A stretch of DNA of 32,000 nucleotides from Candidatus Saccharimonadota bacterium (GTDB lineage Bacteria > Pseudomonadota > Gammaproteobacteria > Enterobacterales > Enterobacteriaceae_A), in assembly GCA_030849405.1 (NCBI GenBank), contig CP116499.1, positions 60,001 to 92,000 on the forward strand, given 5' to 3'. Position 1 is the stretch's first letter. Each line of letters begins with the position of its first letter. The notes beneath the pieces were generated by a model that searched no databases, was not told the DNA's origin, and worked only from the letters and a program-made list of their open reading frames with translations. Below are positions 10,666-19,772 of the stretch, piece after piece. A program made the translations under genes and the position numbers.

Positions 10666-10708
10666 TATAAATAAAATAATTTAATTTTTAAACAATATAA
10701 AATAATTT

Positions 10709-12238
10709 TTAAAAAAATATTATTTTATTATTTTTAATTTCAATAAATTTTACTTTAATTATTTTATTAATTTTAAATAAATTTAATTTGTTTTTATTTT
10801 TTTTAATAAAAATTATTAAATTATTACCTAAATTTATTTTTATTTTTTTTTTTTTTATTAAAATTATTTTACCATATATAAAATTATTTTTTTTATATAT
10901 ATTAAAAAAAATATTAAATTGATTTTTATGAATTTGTTTAATTCCTAATGATATTTTTTCATTTTCAATATCTACATTTAAAATAATACCTTTTATTAAA
11001 TATCCTTGATAATATTTATTTAATTTTTTTTTTTGTAATAATTTCCATGAAATATCAGTTAAATGTATTAAACCATCAATACCTCCGAATAAACCTACAA
11101 AAATACCAAAATCAGTAATAGATTTAATTATACCTTTAATAATTTTTTTTTTTTTTTTAATAATTAAAAATTTTTTCCATGGATTAATTTTACATTGTTT
11201 AATACCTAAAGAAATTCTACGTCTTTTTATATCAATATTTAAAATCATTACTTTTATTTTTTTATTAATTTTTATAATTTTAAATGAATTTATGTTTTTT
11301 TTATTCCATACCATTTCTGAAGTATGTACTAAACCTTCTATTCCATCTTCTATTTCAACAAAACAACCATAATTAGTTAAATTACTAATACGACCTTTTG
11401 TAATAAAACCTTTAGGATAACGTTTCATAATATTATTCCATGGATCAATAATTCTTTGTTTTAATCCTAAAGAAACACGTCTATGTAATTTATCAAATTT
11501 AATAATTTTTAAAAAAATTTCATCTCCTATATTAATAATATCACTAGGATGATTTATTCTTTTCCAAGATATATCAGTTATATGTAATAAACCATCTAAA
11601 CCACCTATATCAATAAATGCACCATAATCTGTTAAATTTTTAACTATACCTTTAACATTTAATCCTTCTTTTATTATTTTTATAGGTTTTTTAATTTTAT
11701 AATTATATATTAATTTAATTGTTGCTTTACGAGAAACTACAATATTATTTCTTTTTTTATCTAATTTTATAATTTTAAATTTTAATTTTTTACCTTCTAA
11801 ATATTTAATATCTTTAACAGGTTTTAAATCTACTAATGAACCAGGTAAAAAAGCTTTTACATTATTTAAATTAACATTAAAACCTCCTTTAGTTTTTCCA
11901 TTTATTATTCCATAAATATTAGTCGAATTTTTAAGAACATTTTTAAAAAATAACCATTCTTGATTTTGTTTTGCTTTTTCATATGATAACATAGTAATAC
12001 CAAATCCATTATCAACAGTTTCTAAAATAACATTAATTTTATCACCTAATTTAACAATTAATGAATTTTTTTTATCTTTGAATTCATTAATAGATACAGC
12101 TGATATAGATTTTAAACCAGTATCTATATAAACAAATTCTTTATTAATATATATAATATAACCTTTTAATAAAGATCCAGTTTTAATTGTTTTTTTATCA
12201 TAAATTTTTTTAAAAATTTTATTAAATTTTTTTAACAT
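10709..12238 (-). CDS. rpsA: 30S ribosomal protein S1
   Basis: 509 aa. It contains repeated S1 domains (VKGIVKNLTDYGAFIDIGGLDGLLHITDISW, GRISNLTNYGCFVEIEDGIEGLVHTSEM, GIIKSITDFGIFVGLFGGIDGLIHLTDISW). The last domain is degenerate. Confidence 0.95.
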   Translation of the reverse strand: MLKKFNKIFKKIYDKKTIKTGSLLKGYIIYINKEFVYIDTGLKSISAVSINEFKDKKNSLIVKLGDKINVILETVDNGFGITMLSYEKAKQNQEWLFFKNVLKNSTNIYGIINGKTKGGFNVNLNNVKAFLPGSLVDLKPVKDIKYLEGKKLKFKIIKLDKKRNNIVVSRKATIKLIYNYKIKKPIKIIKEGLNVKGIVKNLTDYGAFIDIGGLDGLLHITDISWKRINHPSDIINIGDEIFLKIIKFDKLHRRVSLGLKQRIIDPWNNIMKRYPKGFITKGRISNLTNYGCFVEIEDGIEGLVHTSEMVWNKKNINSFKIIKINKKIKVMILNIDIKRRRISLGIKQCKINPWKKFLIIKKKKKIIKGIIKSITDFGIFVGLFGGIDGLIHLTDISWKLLQKKKLNKYYQGYLIKGIILNVDIENEKISLGIKQIHKNQFNIFFNIYKKNNFIYGKIILIKKKKIKINLGNNLIIFIKKNKNKLNLFKINKIIKVKFIEIKNNKIIFF

Positions 12239-12655
12239 TTTTTATAACTTAATAATTATTAATAATTTATAAAATATAAATTTATTTATTATTTAAAATT
12301 TAATTTTTATTAAAAAATATTAAAATAAAGTATATATTTTAATTTAAATTTATAAATTATTTTAAAATTAATATTTTTATTTTAAATTTATTGAATTTAT
12401 AATATAAATTTTTTTAAAAAAATAAATAAAATAAATATTTGAAATAATTTAAATATTTAAATTAATTTGTATTTTAATATTATTTATTAATTTTAATAAT
12501 TTTATATTTATTTTAATTTTAAAAATATTAAATTTTATTTTAAATATATAAATTAAATTATAATTTATATTTTAAAATAAAATTTAAAATATAATTTTTT
12601 ATTTATTTTAATTATAATTATAATAAATATAATTAAATTTAAAATATTATAATAA

Positions 12656-14107
12656 TTATGTTACATATAAAATTCTACTAGTATTAGTATTACCAGAAGT
12701 ACCTATAATATCACCATTAGTAAATACTACTAAATCTCCAATAACTAATAATTTTATTGTTAATAAATGTTTAATAATATTATTAATAACGAATAAATGA
12801 TTATTATTATTATTATTATTATTATAATATATTGGTGTTACTCCTCTATATAAAGAAGCTAATCTTAAAGCATTTTTATTACGTGAAACAGCTAAAATTG
12901 GAATTTCAGAAATAATACGTGACATCATAAAAGCAGTTCTTCCAGATTCAGTTATAGTTATAATTGCAGTAACTCCTTTTAAATGATTTGCTATATAAAC
13001 TGAAGATATAGCAATTGCATCAGATATACAGTTAAATTGAATATTTAAAAATTTTTTATAATCATTAAAACTAGGTATTTTTTCAGCACCTATACATATA
13101 TTAGACATAACTTTAACAGTTTCAATAGGATATTTACCTGTTGCTGTTTCAGCAGATAACATAACAGCATCTGTTCCATCTAAAACAGAATTTGCAACAT
13201 CCATAACTTCAGCTCTTGTTGGTATAGAATTAATAATCATTGAATCCATCATTTGAGTTGCTGTAATAACTGCTCTATTTAAAAAACGAGCTCTGTTAAT
13301 TATTTTCTTTTGAGCTCCAATTAATTCTGAATAACCAATTTCAACACCTAAATCTCCTCTTGCAACCATTACTGCATCTGAAGATAATATAATATCATCT
13401 AAAATTTCATTATTTTTAACTACTTCTGCTCTTTCTATTTTTGAAATAATTTTAGCTTTACAACCTGCTTTTTTAGATAAATAACGTGCTTTTTTTAAAT
13501 CAGAACTACTATTAGGAAAAGATACAGCTAAGTAATCAAAACCGATTTCTGAAGCAATAATAATATCTGTTTTATCTTTTTCTGTTAAACTATTAGCTGA
13601 AATTCCTCCTCCTAACTTATTAATACCTTTATTATTTGATAAAATACCACCAACAATAACTTTAGTAAATATTTTATTACCAATAATTTTAATAACTTTA
13701 ATTTGTATATGTCCATCGTCTAAAACTAAAATATCACCTGGAACTACATCATTAATTAAATTTTTATATTCAAAACCTACTGTATTTATATTACCTTGAT
13801 TTTTTTTTAAATTATAATCTAATATAAAAATATTATTAATACTTAATTTAATAAAATTATTTATAAATGAAGATATTCTTATTTTTGGACCTTGTAAATC
13901 TACTAAAATTGAAATATATTTATTTAATTTTTTTGATATTTCTCTTACTTTTTTAGCTCTTATTATATGTTCATTTATTGAACCATGTGAAAAATTTAAT
14001 CTAACAACATTTACACCAGCTAATATTATTTTTTTTAAATTATTTTTTTTATCCGTTGCTGGTCCTAAAGTTGCAATTATTTTTGTTTTTCTTAAAAAAT
14101 TGATCAT
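12656..14107 (-). CDS. pykA: pyruvate kinase II
   Basis: 483 aa, colinear with E. coli PykA ([69 protein letters not shown]). It carries an internal Asn8 insertion. Confidence 0.95.
   Translation of the reverse strand: MINFLRKTKIIATLGPATDKKNNLKKIILAGVNVVRLNFSHGSINEHIIRAKKVREISKKLNKYISILVDLQGPKIRISSFINNFIKLSINNIFILDYNLKKNQGNINTVGFEYKNLINDVVPGDILVLDDGHIQIKVIKIIGNKIFTKVIVGGILSNNKGINKLGGGISANSLTEKDKTDIIIASEIGFDYLAVSFPNSSSDLKKARYLSKKAGCKAKIISKIERAEVVKNNEILDDIILSSDAVMVARGDLGVEIGYSELIGAQKKIINRARFLNRAVITATQMMDSMIINSIPTRAEVMDVANSVLDGTDAVMLSAETATGKYPIETVKVMSNICIGAEKIPSFNDYKKFLNIQFNCISDAIAISSVYIANHLKGVTAIITITESGRTAFMMSRIISEIPILAVSRNKNALRLASLYRGVTPIYYNNNNNNNNHLFVINNIIKHLLTIKLLVIGDLVVFTNGDIIGTSGNTNTSRILYVT
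12800..12823 (-). repeat. (ATT)8 / (AAT)8 trinucleotide microsatellite encoding Asn8 inside pykA
   Basis: Eight perfect ATT units on the + strand are read as AAT x8 on the coding strand ([13 protein letters not shown]). Confidence 0.95.
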
Positions 14108-14173
14108 TTTAATTCCTTAAATTTTAAATAAAATTAAATAATATATATTTATTAAATTAATATTTAAATTAAA

Positions 14174-15442
14174 TTAATATTTATAAATTAATTTTGGTTT
14201 TTTAATTTTAGAAACAATTTTTTTATCTATTATTAAAGTAATATTATTATATTTTATTGAAGGTAAATCATACATAATATTAAGTAATATTTCTTCAACA
14301 ATAGTTCTTAATCCTCTTGCTCCAGTTTTTCTTTTAATAGTTTTTTTAGCAATTTCTATTAAAGCACAATCAGTAAATATTAATTTTACATTATCCATAT
14401 ATAATAAAACTTGATATTGTTTAATTATTGAATTTTTAGGTTTCTTTAAAATTTGTGCTAATATTTTTTCATCTAAATCATTAAGAGTAGCTATAATTGG
14501 TATTCTTCCAATAAATTCAGGTATTAAACCAAATTGAATTAAATCATTAGGTTCAATTTTTGGAAATAATGTTTTTTTTTTAATTTCATTAATATTTTTT
14601 TTAATATTAGCTACGAATCCAATACCTGTATTTTTATTAATACGTTGTTCAAGTATTTTTTCTAATCCAGAAAATGAACCTCCACAAATAAATAATATTT
14701 TTGATGTATCAATTTGTATAAACTCTTGATTTGGATGTTTTCTTCCTCCTAATGGAGATATAGAAGCAATTGTACCTTCAATTATTTTTAATAAAGCTTG
14801 TTGTACACCCTCTCCTGAAACATCTCTTGTGATTGATGGATTATTTGTTTTTTTGGCAATTTTATCAATTTCATCTATATAAATAATTCCATGTTGCGCT
14901 AAATCTATATTATAATCACATTTAATTAAAAGTTTTTGTAATATACTTTCAACATCTTCTCCAACATAACCTGCTTCAGTTAATGCAGTAGCATCAGCTG
15001 TAGCAAATGGTACAAATAAAAAGTTAGCTAAAGTTTCAGCTAATAAAGTTTTACCACTACCAGTTGGTCCTATTAATAATATATTACTTTTTTTTAATTC
15101 TAATAAATTTGAATCAGCATTATTTTTTAGACGTTTGTAATGATTGTATACTGCAACAGATAAAACTTTTTTAGCTTCATTTTGACCAATAATATAGTTA
15201 TTTAAATGCTTACATATTTTATAAGGTGTAGGTAATTTTAATTTTATAGTTTTAAAATTAATATATTCTTCAAATTCTTTAAATATCATTTTACTACAAA
15301 TATTAACACATAAATCACATATATATACAGATGGTCCAGAAATTAAAATATTTAATATTTTTTTATTATCGCCACAAAAAGAACAATTAGGTATAAAATT
15401 GTATTTTTTATATTTTATATATTTTCTATTTTTTCTAACCAT
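14174..15442 (-). CDS. clpX: ATP-dependent Clp protease ATP-binding subunit ClpX
   Basis: 422 aa. It has the N-terminal zinc-binding CSFCG...CDLC, Walker [19 protein letters not shown] and GARGLR. An AAGGA Shine-Dalgarno motif lies 6 nt upstream. Confidence 0.95.
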   Translation of the reverse strand: MVRKNRKYIKYKKYNFIPNCSFCGDNKKILNILISGPSVYICDLCVNICSKMIFKEFEEYINFKTIKLKLPTPYKICKHLNNYIIGQNEAKKVLSVAVYNHYKRLKNNADSNLLELKKSNILLIGPTGSGKTLLAETLANFLFVPFATADATALTEAGYVGEDVESILQKLLIKCDYNIDLAQHGIIYIDEIDKIAKKTNNPSITRDVSGEGVQQALLKIIEGTIASISPLGGRKHPNQEFIQIDTSKILFICGGSFSGLEKILEQRINKNTGIGFVANIKKNINEIKKKTLFPKIEPNDLIQFGLIPEFIGRIPIIATLNDLDEKILAQILKKPKNSIIKQYQVLLYMDNVKLIFTDCALIEIAKKTIKRKTGARGLRTIVEEILLNIMYDLPSIKYNNITLIIDKKIVSKIKKPKLIYKY

Positions 15443-15465
15443 TTATTATCCTTAAAGTGTTTTTA

Positions 15466-15627
15466 AAAATTATTTACTAACTTAATTAAAAAATTAAATT
15501 AGTAAATAAAATTATTTACTAACTTAATTAAAAAATTAAATTAGTAAATAAAATTATTTACTAACTTAATTAAAAAATTAAATTAGTAAATAAAATTATT
15601 TACTAACTTAATTAAAAAAATTAAATT
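15466..15627. repeat. tandem array of a 42-bp unit (3 identical copies plus 1 truncated), each unit an 18-bp inverted repeat
   Basis: 15469-15510, 15511-15552 and 15553-15594 are identical base for base. A fourth copy (15595-15627) has one extra A in the loop and is truncated where it overlaps the clpP stop codon. Each unit reads TTATTTACTAACTTAATT-AAAA-AATTAAATTAGTAAATAA. Confidence 0.95.
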
Positions 15628-16247
15628 CTATGTGTAAAAATTTTATCTATTATACCATAATTTAAAGCTTCTTTAGCATTCATAAAAAAATCACGTTCAG
15701 TATCTAAATTTATTTTTTCTATAGTTTGACCTGTATGTTTAGAAATTAATTTATTTAATTTTTTTTTTGTTTTTAAAATTTCTTTAGTATGTATTTCAAT
15801 ATCACTTACTTGACCTTGACAACCTCCTAATGGTTGATGTATCATAATAGAAGAATTAGGAAGACAAAAACGTTTTTTTTTAGTACCTGCCATTAATAAA
15901 AACGATCCCATTGAACAAGCTTGACCTATACACATTGTACTTATATCTGATTTTATAAATTGCATAGTATCATAAATTGACATTCCTGAAGTTATAATTC
16001 CACCTGGTGAATTAATATACATATAGATATCTTTTTCTGAATTATTTGATTCTAAATATAATAATTGTGCTGTTATTAAATTAGCAACATAATCATCTAT
16101 TATTCCAGTTAAAAAAATAATTCGATCTTTTAATAAACGAGAAAATATATCGTATGTTCTTTCACCTGATAAAGTTCTTTCTGATACTATAGGAATTAAT
16201 GACGATATTTTATTAAAATTGTTAAAATCAAATTTATTATAAGTCAT
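15621..16247 (-). CDS. clpP: ATP-dependent Clp protease proteolytic subunit ClpP
   Basis: 208 aa. [18 protein letters not shown] is present, with catalytic Ser in [11 protein letters not shown] and His in MIHQPLGG. Confidence 0.95.
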   Translation of the reverse strand: MTYNKFDFNNFNKISSLIPIVSERTLSGERTYDIFSRLLKDRIIFLTGIIDDYVANLITAQLLYLESNNSEKDIYMYINSPGGIITSGMSIYDTMQFIKSDISTMCIGQACSMGSFLLMAGTKKKRFCLPNSSIMIHQPLGGCQGQVSDIEIHTKEILKTKKKLNKLISKHTGQTIEKINLDTERDFFMNAKEALNYGIIDKIFTHRI

Positions 16248-16270
16248 AAATAATCCTTTTTAAAAATTTA

Positions 16271-16298
16271 ATTATATTATATTATTTTTAAAAATCAA
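16271..16298 (-). promoter_or_regulatory. candidate sigma70 promoter for clpP: TTGATT-16 nt-TATAAT
   Basis: The - strand reads GTACTTGATT(16298-16293)-TTTAAAAATAATATAA-TATAAT(16276-16271), ending 23 nt upstream of the clpP ATG with an AAAGGA Shine-Dalgarno motif in between. The TACTTGATT -35 context is shared with the tRNA operon promoter candidate at 23114. Confidence 0.4.
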
Positions 16299-16320
16299 GT
16301 ACTTTATAATTTTAAAATTT

Positions 16321-17055
16321 TTAAAAAAAACGTTGTCGTATAATTTCAAATAATATTATTCCTACAGCAACTGATACGTTAAGTGATTTAATATTACTAA
16401 ATAATGGAATACTTATTAATTTATCACATATTTTTTTTGTTTTTTTTTTTAATCCCTTGTTTTCAGAACCAAAAATTAAAACTAATGGAATATTAAAATT
16501 ATTTTTATAAAATATGTTATTATAATTACATACAGTTCCTATTATATTAATATTAATTTTTTTTAAAAAAATTAAAATATTAAATAAATTAACTACTTTA
16601 ATAATTGGTATATTATCACAAGCACCACATGAAGTTTTTTTAACTAAAACATTTAATTTAGCTGTTTTTTTTTTAGGAATAATTATTATATTTACTCCAG
16701 CAGCATAAGCACTTCTTATACAAGCTCCTAAATTTCTAGGATCTGTAATATTATCAAAAACTAATATTATAGGATTTTTAAAGTATTTTAAAATATTACA
16801 AATATCTTTTTCAGAATATTTTTTTAATTTATATATTTCAGCAACTATTCCTTGATGAACTAAACTATTAAAATTTTTATTAAAAAATTTTTTATTACAA
16901 AATTCTATTGGTATTTTTTTTTTTTTAAAATTATTAATAATTTTATTTATTTTTAAATCATTTCTATTTTTATAAATAAAAACTTTAATAAATCTTTTAT
17001 ATGAAAAGTATAATAAATTTTTAATAGGATTAATACCATAAATTAATTCTTTCAT
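16321..17055 (-). CDS. rlmB: 23S rRNA (guanosine-2'-O-)-methyltransferase RlmB (SpoU/TrmH family)
   Basis: 244 aa, colinear with E. coli RlmB (IYGINPI, VHQGIVA, DNITDPRNLGACIRSAYAAGV, LIFGSENKGL, IPLFSNIKSLNVSVAVGIILFE). Confidence 0.85.
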   Translation of the reverse strand: MKELIYGINPIKNLLYFSYKRFIKVFIYKNRNDLKINKIINNFKKKKIPIEFCNKKFFNKNFNSLVHQGIVAEIYKLKKYSEKDICNILKYFKNPIILVFDNITDPRNLGACIRSAYAAGVNIIIIPKKKTAKLNVLVKKTSCGACDNIPIIKVVNLFNILIFLKKININIIGTVCNYNNIFYKNNFNIPLVLIFGSENKGLKKKTKKICDKLISIPLFSNIKSLNVSVAVGIILFEIIRQRFF

Positions 17056-17200
17056 TTTTTTAAAATAACATTAAATAATAAATTTTTTTATTTAAAAATA
17101 AAATTTTAAAAAAAATTAAAAATAAAATATAAATATTTATAAAATTATAAATAATAAAATATTTTTAAAATATTAATATTTAATATAATAATTTAAATAA

Positions 17201-18421
17201 TTATTTTTTTAAAAACTTATTGTTTGGAAATTTATCAGGTAAGAAAATTGCTAAAATTCCGATTAAAGGTAAGAAAGAACATATTTTATAAACAAAATTA
17301 ATATTAGTAGAATCAGCAATATATCCTAATGTAACTGCTCCTAAACCACTAATAGCAAAAGCACAACCAAATAATATACCTGAAATAGTACCAAATTTAC
17401 CAGGTATTAATTCTTGAGAATATATTAATATTGAAGAAAAAGCAGAAGCCATTATAAAACCAATAATCATTGTTAAAATGCCTATCCAATTTAAAGAAGT
17501 ATATGGTAAAATAATTGTAAATGGAGCAGCTCCAAAAATAGATGTTAAAATAACATATTTTCTACCAAATTTATCTCCTAAAGGTCCTCCAATCATACTA
17601 CCAAAAGTAATAGAAGATAAAAACATAAATAAATGCATTTGAGCACTTTGTACAGAAATTCCAAATTTGTTTATTATATAAAATGTATAATAACTACTAA
17701 TACTAGTTAAATAAAAATATTTTGAAAATAATAAAAAAAATAAAATTAACATTGGGAAAAAAATTTTTTTAATTGAAAAATTAAATTTATTTTTAGTTAT
17801 ATTTTTAATTATAGATTTATAATGTTTTTCTTTATACCATTTTCCTACACGAAATAAAATAATCATAGATATTAAAGCAATAAAATTAAACCATATTACA
17901 TGTTTTATACCATATGGGACAATAATAATAGCAGCAAGTAATGGTCCAAAAGCACTACCTAAATTACCACCAACTTGTAATAAAGATTGAGCTAATCCAT
18001 ATTTACCTCCTGAAGCCATGCTAGCAACTCTTGCTGATTCAGGATGAAATATTGAAGAACCAGTACCTACTAATGCTGCTGCTACTAAAACTAAATAAAA
18101 TACATTAGCAATAGAAAGTATTAATAAACCAAAAAACATAAAACTCATTCCTATTAACAAAGAAAATGGTTGTGGATATTTATCAATATAAAAACCAATA
18201 ATTGGTTGTAATAAAGAAGCAGTTAATTGATAAGTAAGAGTAATAAAACCAACTTGTCTAAAACTCAACCTAAAATTTTTTTGTAAAATAGGATAAATTG
18301 ATAATAATAAAGATTGAATTATATCATTAAAAAAATGAGAAACAGCAATTGCACATAATATATAAAATACTGGTTTTATTGAAATTTTTTTTTTATTATT
18401 TTTTTGTTTATTTATAATCAT
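17201..18421 (-). CDS. fsr: MFS transporter, fosmidomycin-resistance protein (Fsr) family
   Basis: 406 aa with long colinear identity to E. coli Fsr as recalled (SHFFNDIIQSLLLSIYPILQ, TLTYQLTASLLQPIIGFYIDKYP, AAALVGTGSSIFHPESARVASMASGGKYGLAQSLLQVGGNLGSAFGPLLAA, FSKYFYLTSISSYYTFY, GDKFGRKYVI, YKICSFLPLIGILAIFLPD). Confidence 0.85.
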   Translation of the reverse strand: MIINKQKNNKKKISIKPVFYILCAIAVSHFFNDIIQSLLLSIYPILQKNFRLSFRQVGFITLTYQLTASLLQPIIGFYIDKYPQPFSLLIGMSFMFFGLLILSIANVFYLVLVAAALVGTGSSIFHPESARVASMASGGKYGLAQSLLQVGGNLGSAFGPLLAAIIIVPYGIKHVIWFNFIALISMIILFRVGKWYKEKHYKSIIKNITKNKFNFSIKKIFFPMLILFFLLFSKYFYLTSISSYYTFYIINKFGISVQSAQMHLFMFLSSITFGSMIGGPLGDKFGRKYVILTSIFGAAPFTIILPYTSLNWIGILTMIIGFIMASAFSSILIYSQELIPGKFGTISGILFGCAFAISGLGAVTLGYIADSTNINFVYKICSFLPLIGILAIFLPDKFPNNKFLKK

Positions 18422-18540
18422 TAAAAATCCCTTTTATAATTATTATTTTAAAATATATATTATTATTATATAAATATGTATACAATAAATATATTTTATA
18501 AAATTAAATATAAAATTAAAAAAATTTATAATAAGTTATT

Positions 18541-19752
18541 ATGATAAAACCAAACTTTTTAAAATATAATAATTTAATAAAAACAAAACAAAAATTAAAA
18601 TATAAAAATTTTAATTTAAATATAGAATTTTTAATGTTTATTAGTAAATATAAAAAAATAATACAATTAAAACTAGAAAATATAAATATAAATAAAAAAA
18701 AAAATAATAAAATAAAAAAAAAAAAAAAAAAAAAAATAAATTATATAAATATTAAAATTATTAAAAAAAAAAAAAATTATTTATCTATTATACCAAATTT
18801 ACCTGATAATTCAACATTAAATAATAAAAATAAAATAATAAAATTATGGGGAAAACCTATAATTATTAAAAATAAAAAATATAATCATATTAAAATAGGT
18901 GAAAAATTAAACGGTTTAGATTTTAAAACATCAATAAAATTAAGTTGTGCACGTTTTGTAATAATGAAAGGTAAAATTGCACAAATGCATAGAGCACTTA
19001 TTCAATTTATGATAGATTTTCATATAGAAAAACATAATTATTTAGAAATATATGTACCATATTTAGTTAATCAAAATACTTTATGGGGAACTGGACAATT
19101 AAATAATTTTAATAAAAAATTAATACATGTTAAATTTTATAATAAAAAAAAAAAAAATAATCAATATACTTTAATTCCTACAGGTGAAGTACCATTAACA
19201 AATTTATTTAATAATAAAATTATTAAATATAAAATGTTACCTTTAAAGTTAATTACTCATACCCCATGTTTTAGAGCAGAAAATATATCATATGGTAAAA
19301 AAAATCAAGGATTAATTAGAATGATACAATTTGATAAAGTTGAAATAATGCAAATAACATCAAATAAATTTTCTATGAATATTTTAGAAGAAATTACTAA
19401 AAATGCTGAAAAAATTTTACAATTATTAAAATTACCATATAGAAAAAATTTATTATGTGCTAAAAATTTAGGTTTCAGTGCTTCTAAAACATATGATTTA
19501 GAAGTTTGGATGCCTTCAAAAAAAAAATATTACGAAATATCTTCATGTTCTAATATGACAGATTTTCAATCTAGAAGAATTAACATTAAGTATTTAAAAA
19601 AAAAAAAAAAATTAGTACATACATTAAATGGTTCAGGATTAGCTATTAGTAGAACTTTAGCTGCAATTCTTGAAAATTATCAAAAAAAAAATGGTATAAT
19701 AAAAGTACCTAAAATATTATATCCTTATATGAAAAATTTAAAATATATATAA
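18541..19752 (+). CDS. serS: serine--tRNA ligase
   Basis: 403 aa. The catalytic domain is colinear with E. coli SerRS (RFVIMKGKIAQMHRALIQFMID, YVPYLVNQNTLWGTGQL, LIPTGEVPLTNL, HTPCFRAE, GLIRMIQFDKVE, KTYDLEVWMP, EISSCSN, HTLNGSGLAISRTLAAILENYQ). The N-terminal coiled-coil arm is shortened and K/N/I-degenerate. Confidence 0.95.
   Translation: MIKPNFLKYNNLIKTKQKLKYKNFNLNIEFLMFISKYKKIIQLKLENININKKKNNKIKKKKKKKINYINIKIIKKKKNYLSIIPNLPDNSTLNNKNKIIKLWGKPIIIKNKKYNHIKIGEKLNGLDFKTSIKLSCARFVIMKGKIAQMHRALIQFMIDFHIEKHNYLEIYVPYLVNQNTLWGTGQLNNFNKKLIHVKFYNKKKKNNQYTLIPTGEVPLTNLFNNKIIKYKMLPLKLITHTPCFRAENISYGKKNQGLIRMIQFDKVEIMQITSNKFSMNILEEITKNAEKILQLLKLPYRKNLLCAKNLGFSASKTYDLEVWMPSKKKYYEISSCSNMTDFQSRRINIKYLKKKKKLVHTLNGSGLAISRTLAAILENYQKKNGIIKVPKILYPYMKNLKYI
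18714..18736 (+). repeat. 23-nt poly(A) homopolymer inside serS (encodes I-K7-I)
   Basis: I counted an uninterrupted run of 23 A. It is in frame (ATA AAA x7 ATA). Further runs lie at 18694-18704 (11 A), 18763-18776 (14), 19144-19156 (13) and 19596-19611 (16). Confidence 0.95.
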
Positions 19753-19772
19753 ATAAATAAATTATATTTAAA

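Noticed and set aside
12239-12655. Replication origin (oriC) in the 99% A+T spacer
   Set aside because: There are no DnaA-box-like 9-mers; TTATCCACA needs C's and the region has one C in total. There are no GATC clusters and no flanking dnaA, gidA or mioC. An unwinding-prone region is possible, but nothing specifically supports an origin.
15466-15627. CRISPR array, or a mobile-element terminal repeat, as the explanation for the 42-bp repeats
   Set aside because: The units are directly contiguous with no unique spacers. No cas or transposase genes are nearby and there are no flanking target duplications. A tandem hairpin minisatellite is the correct description.
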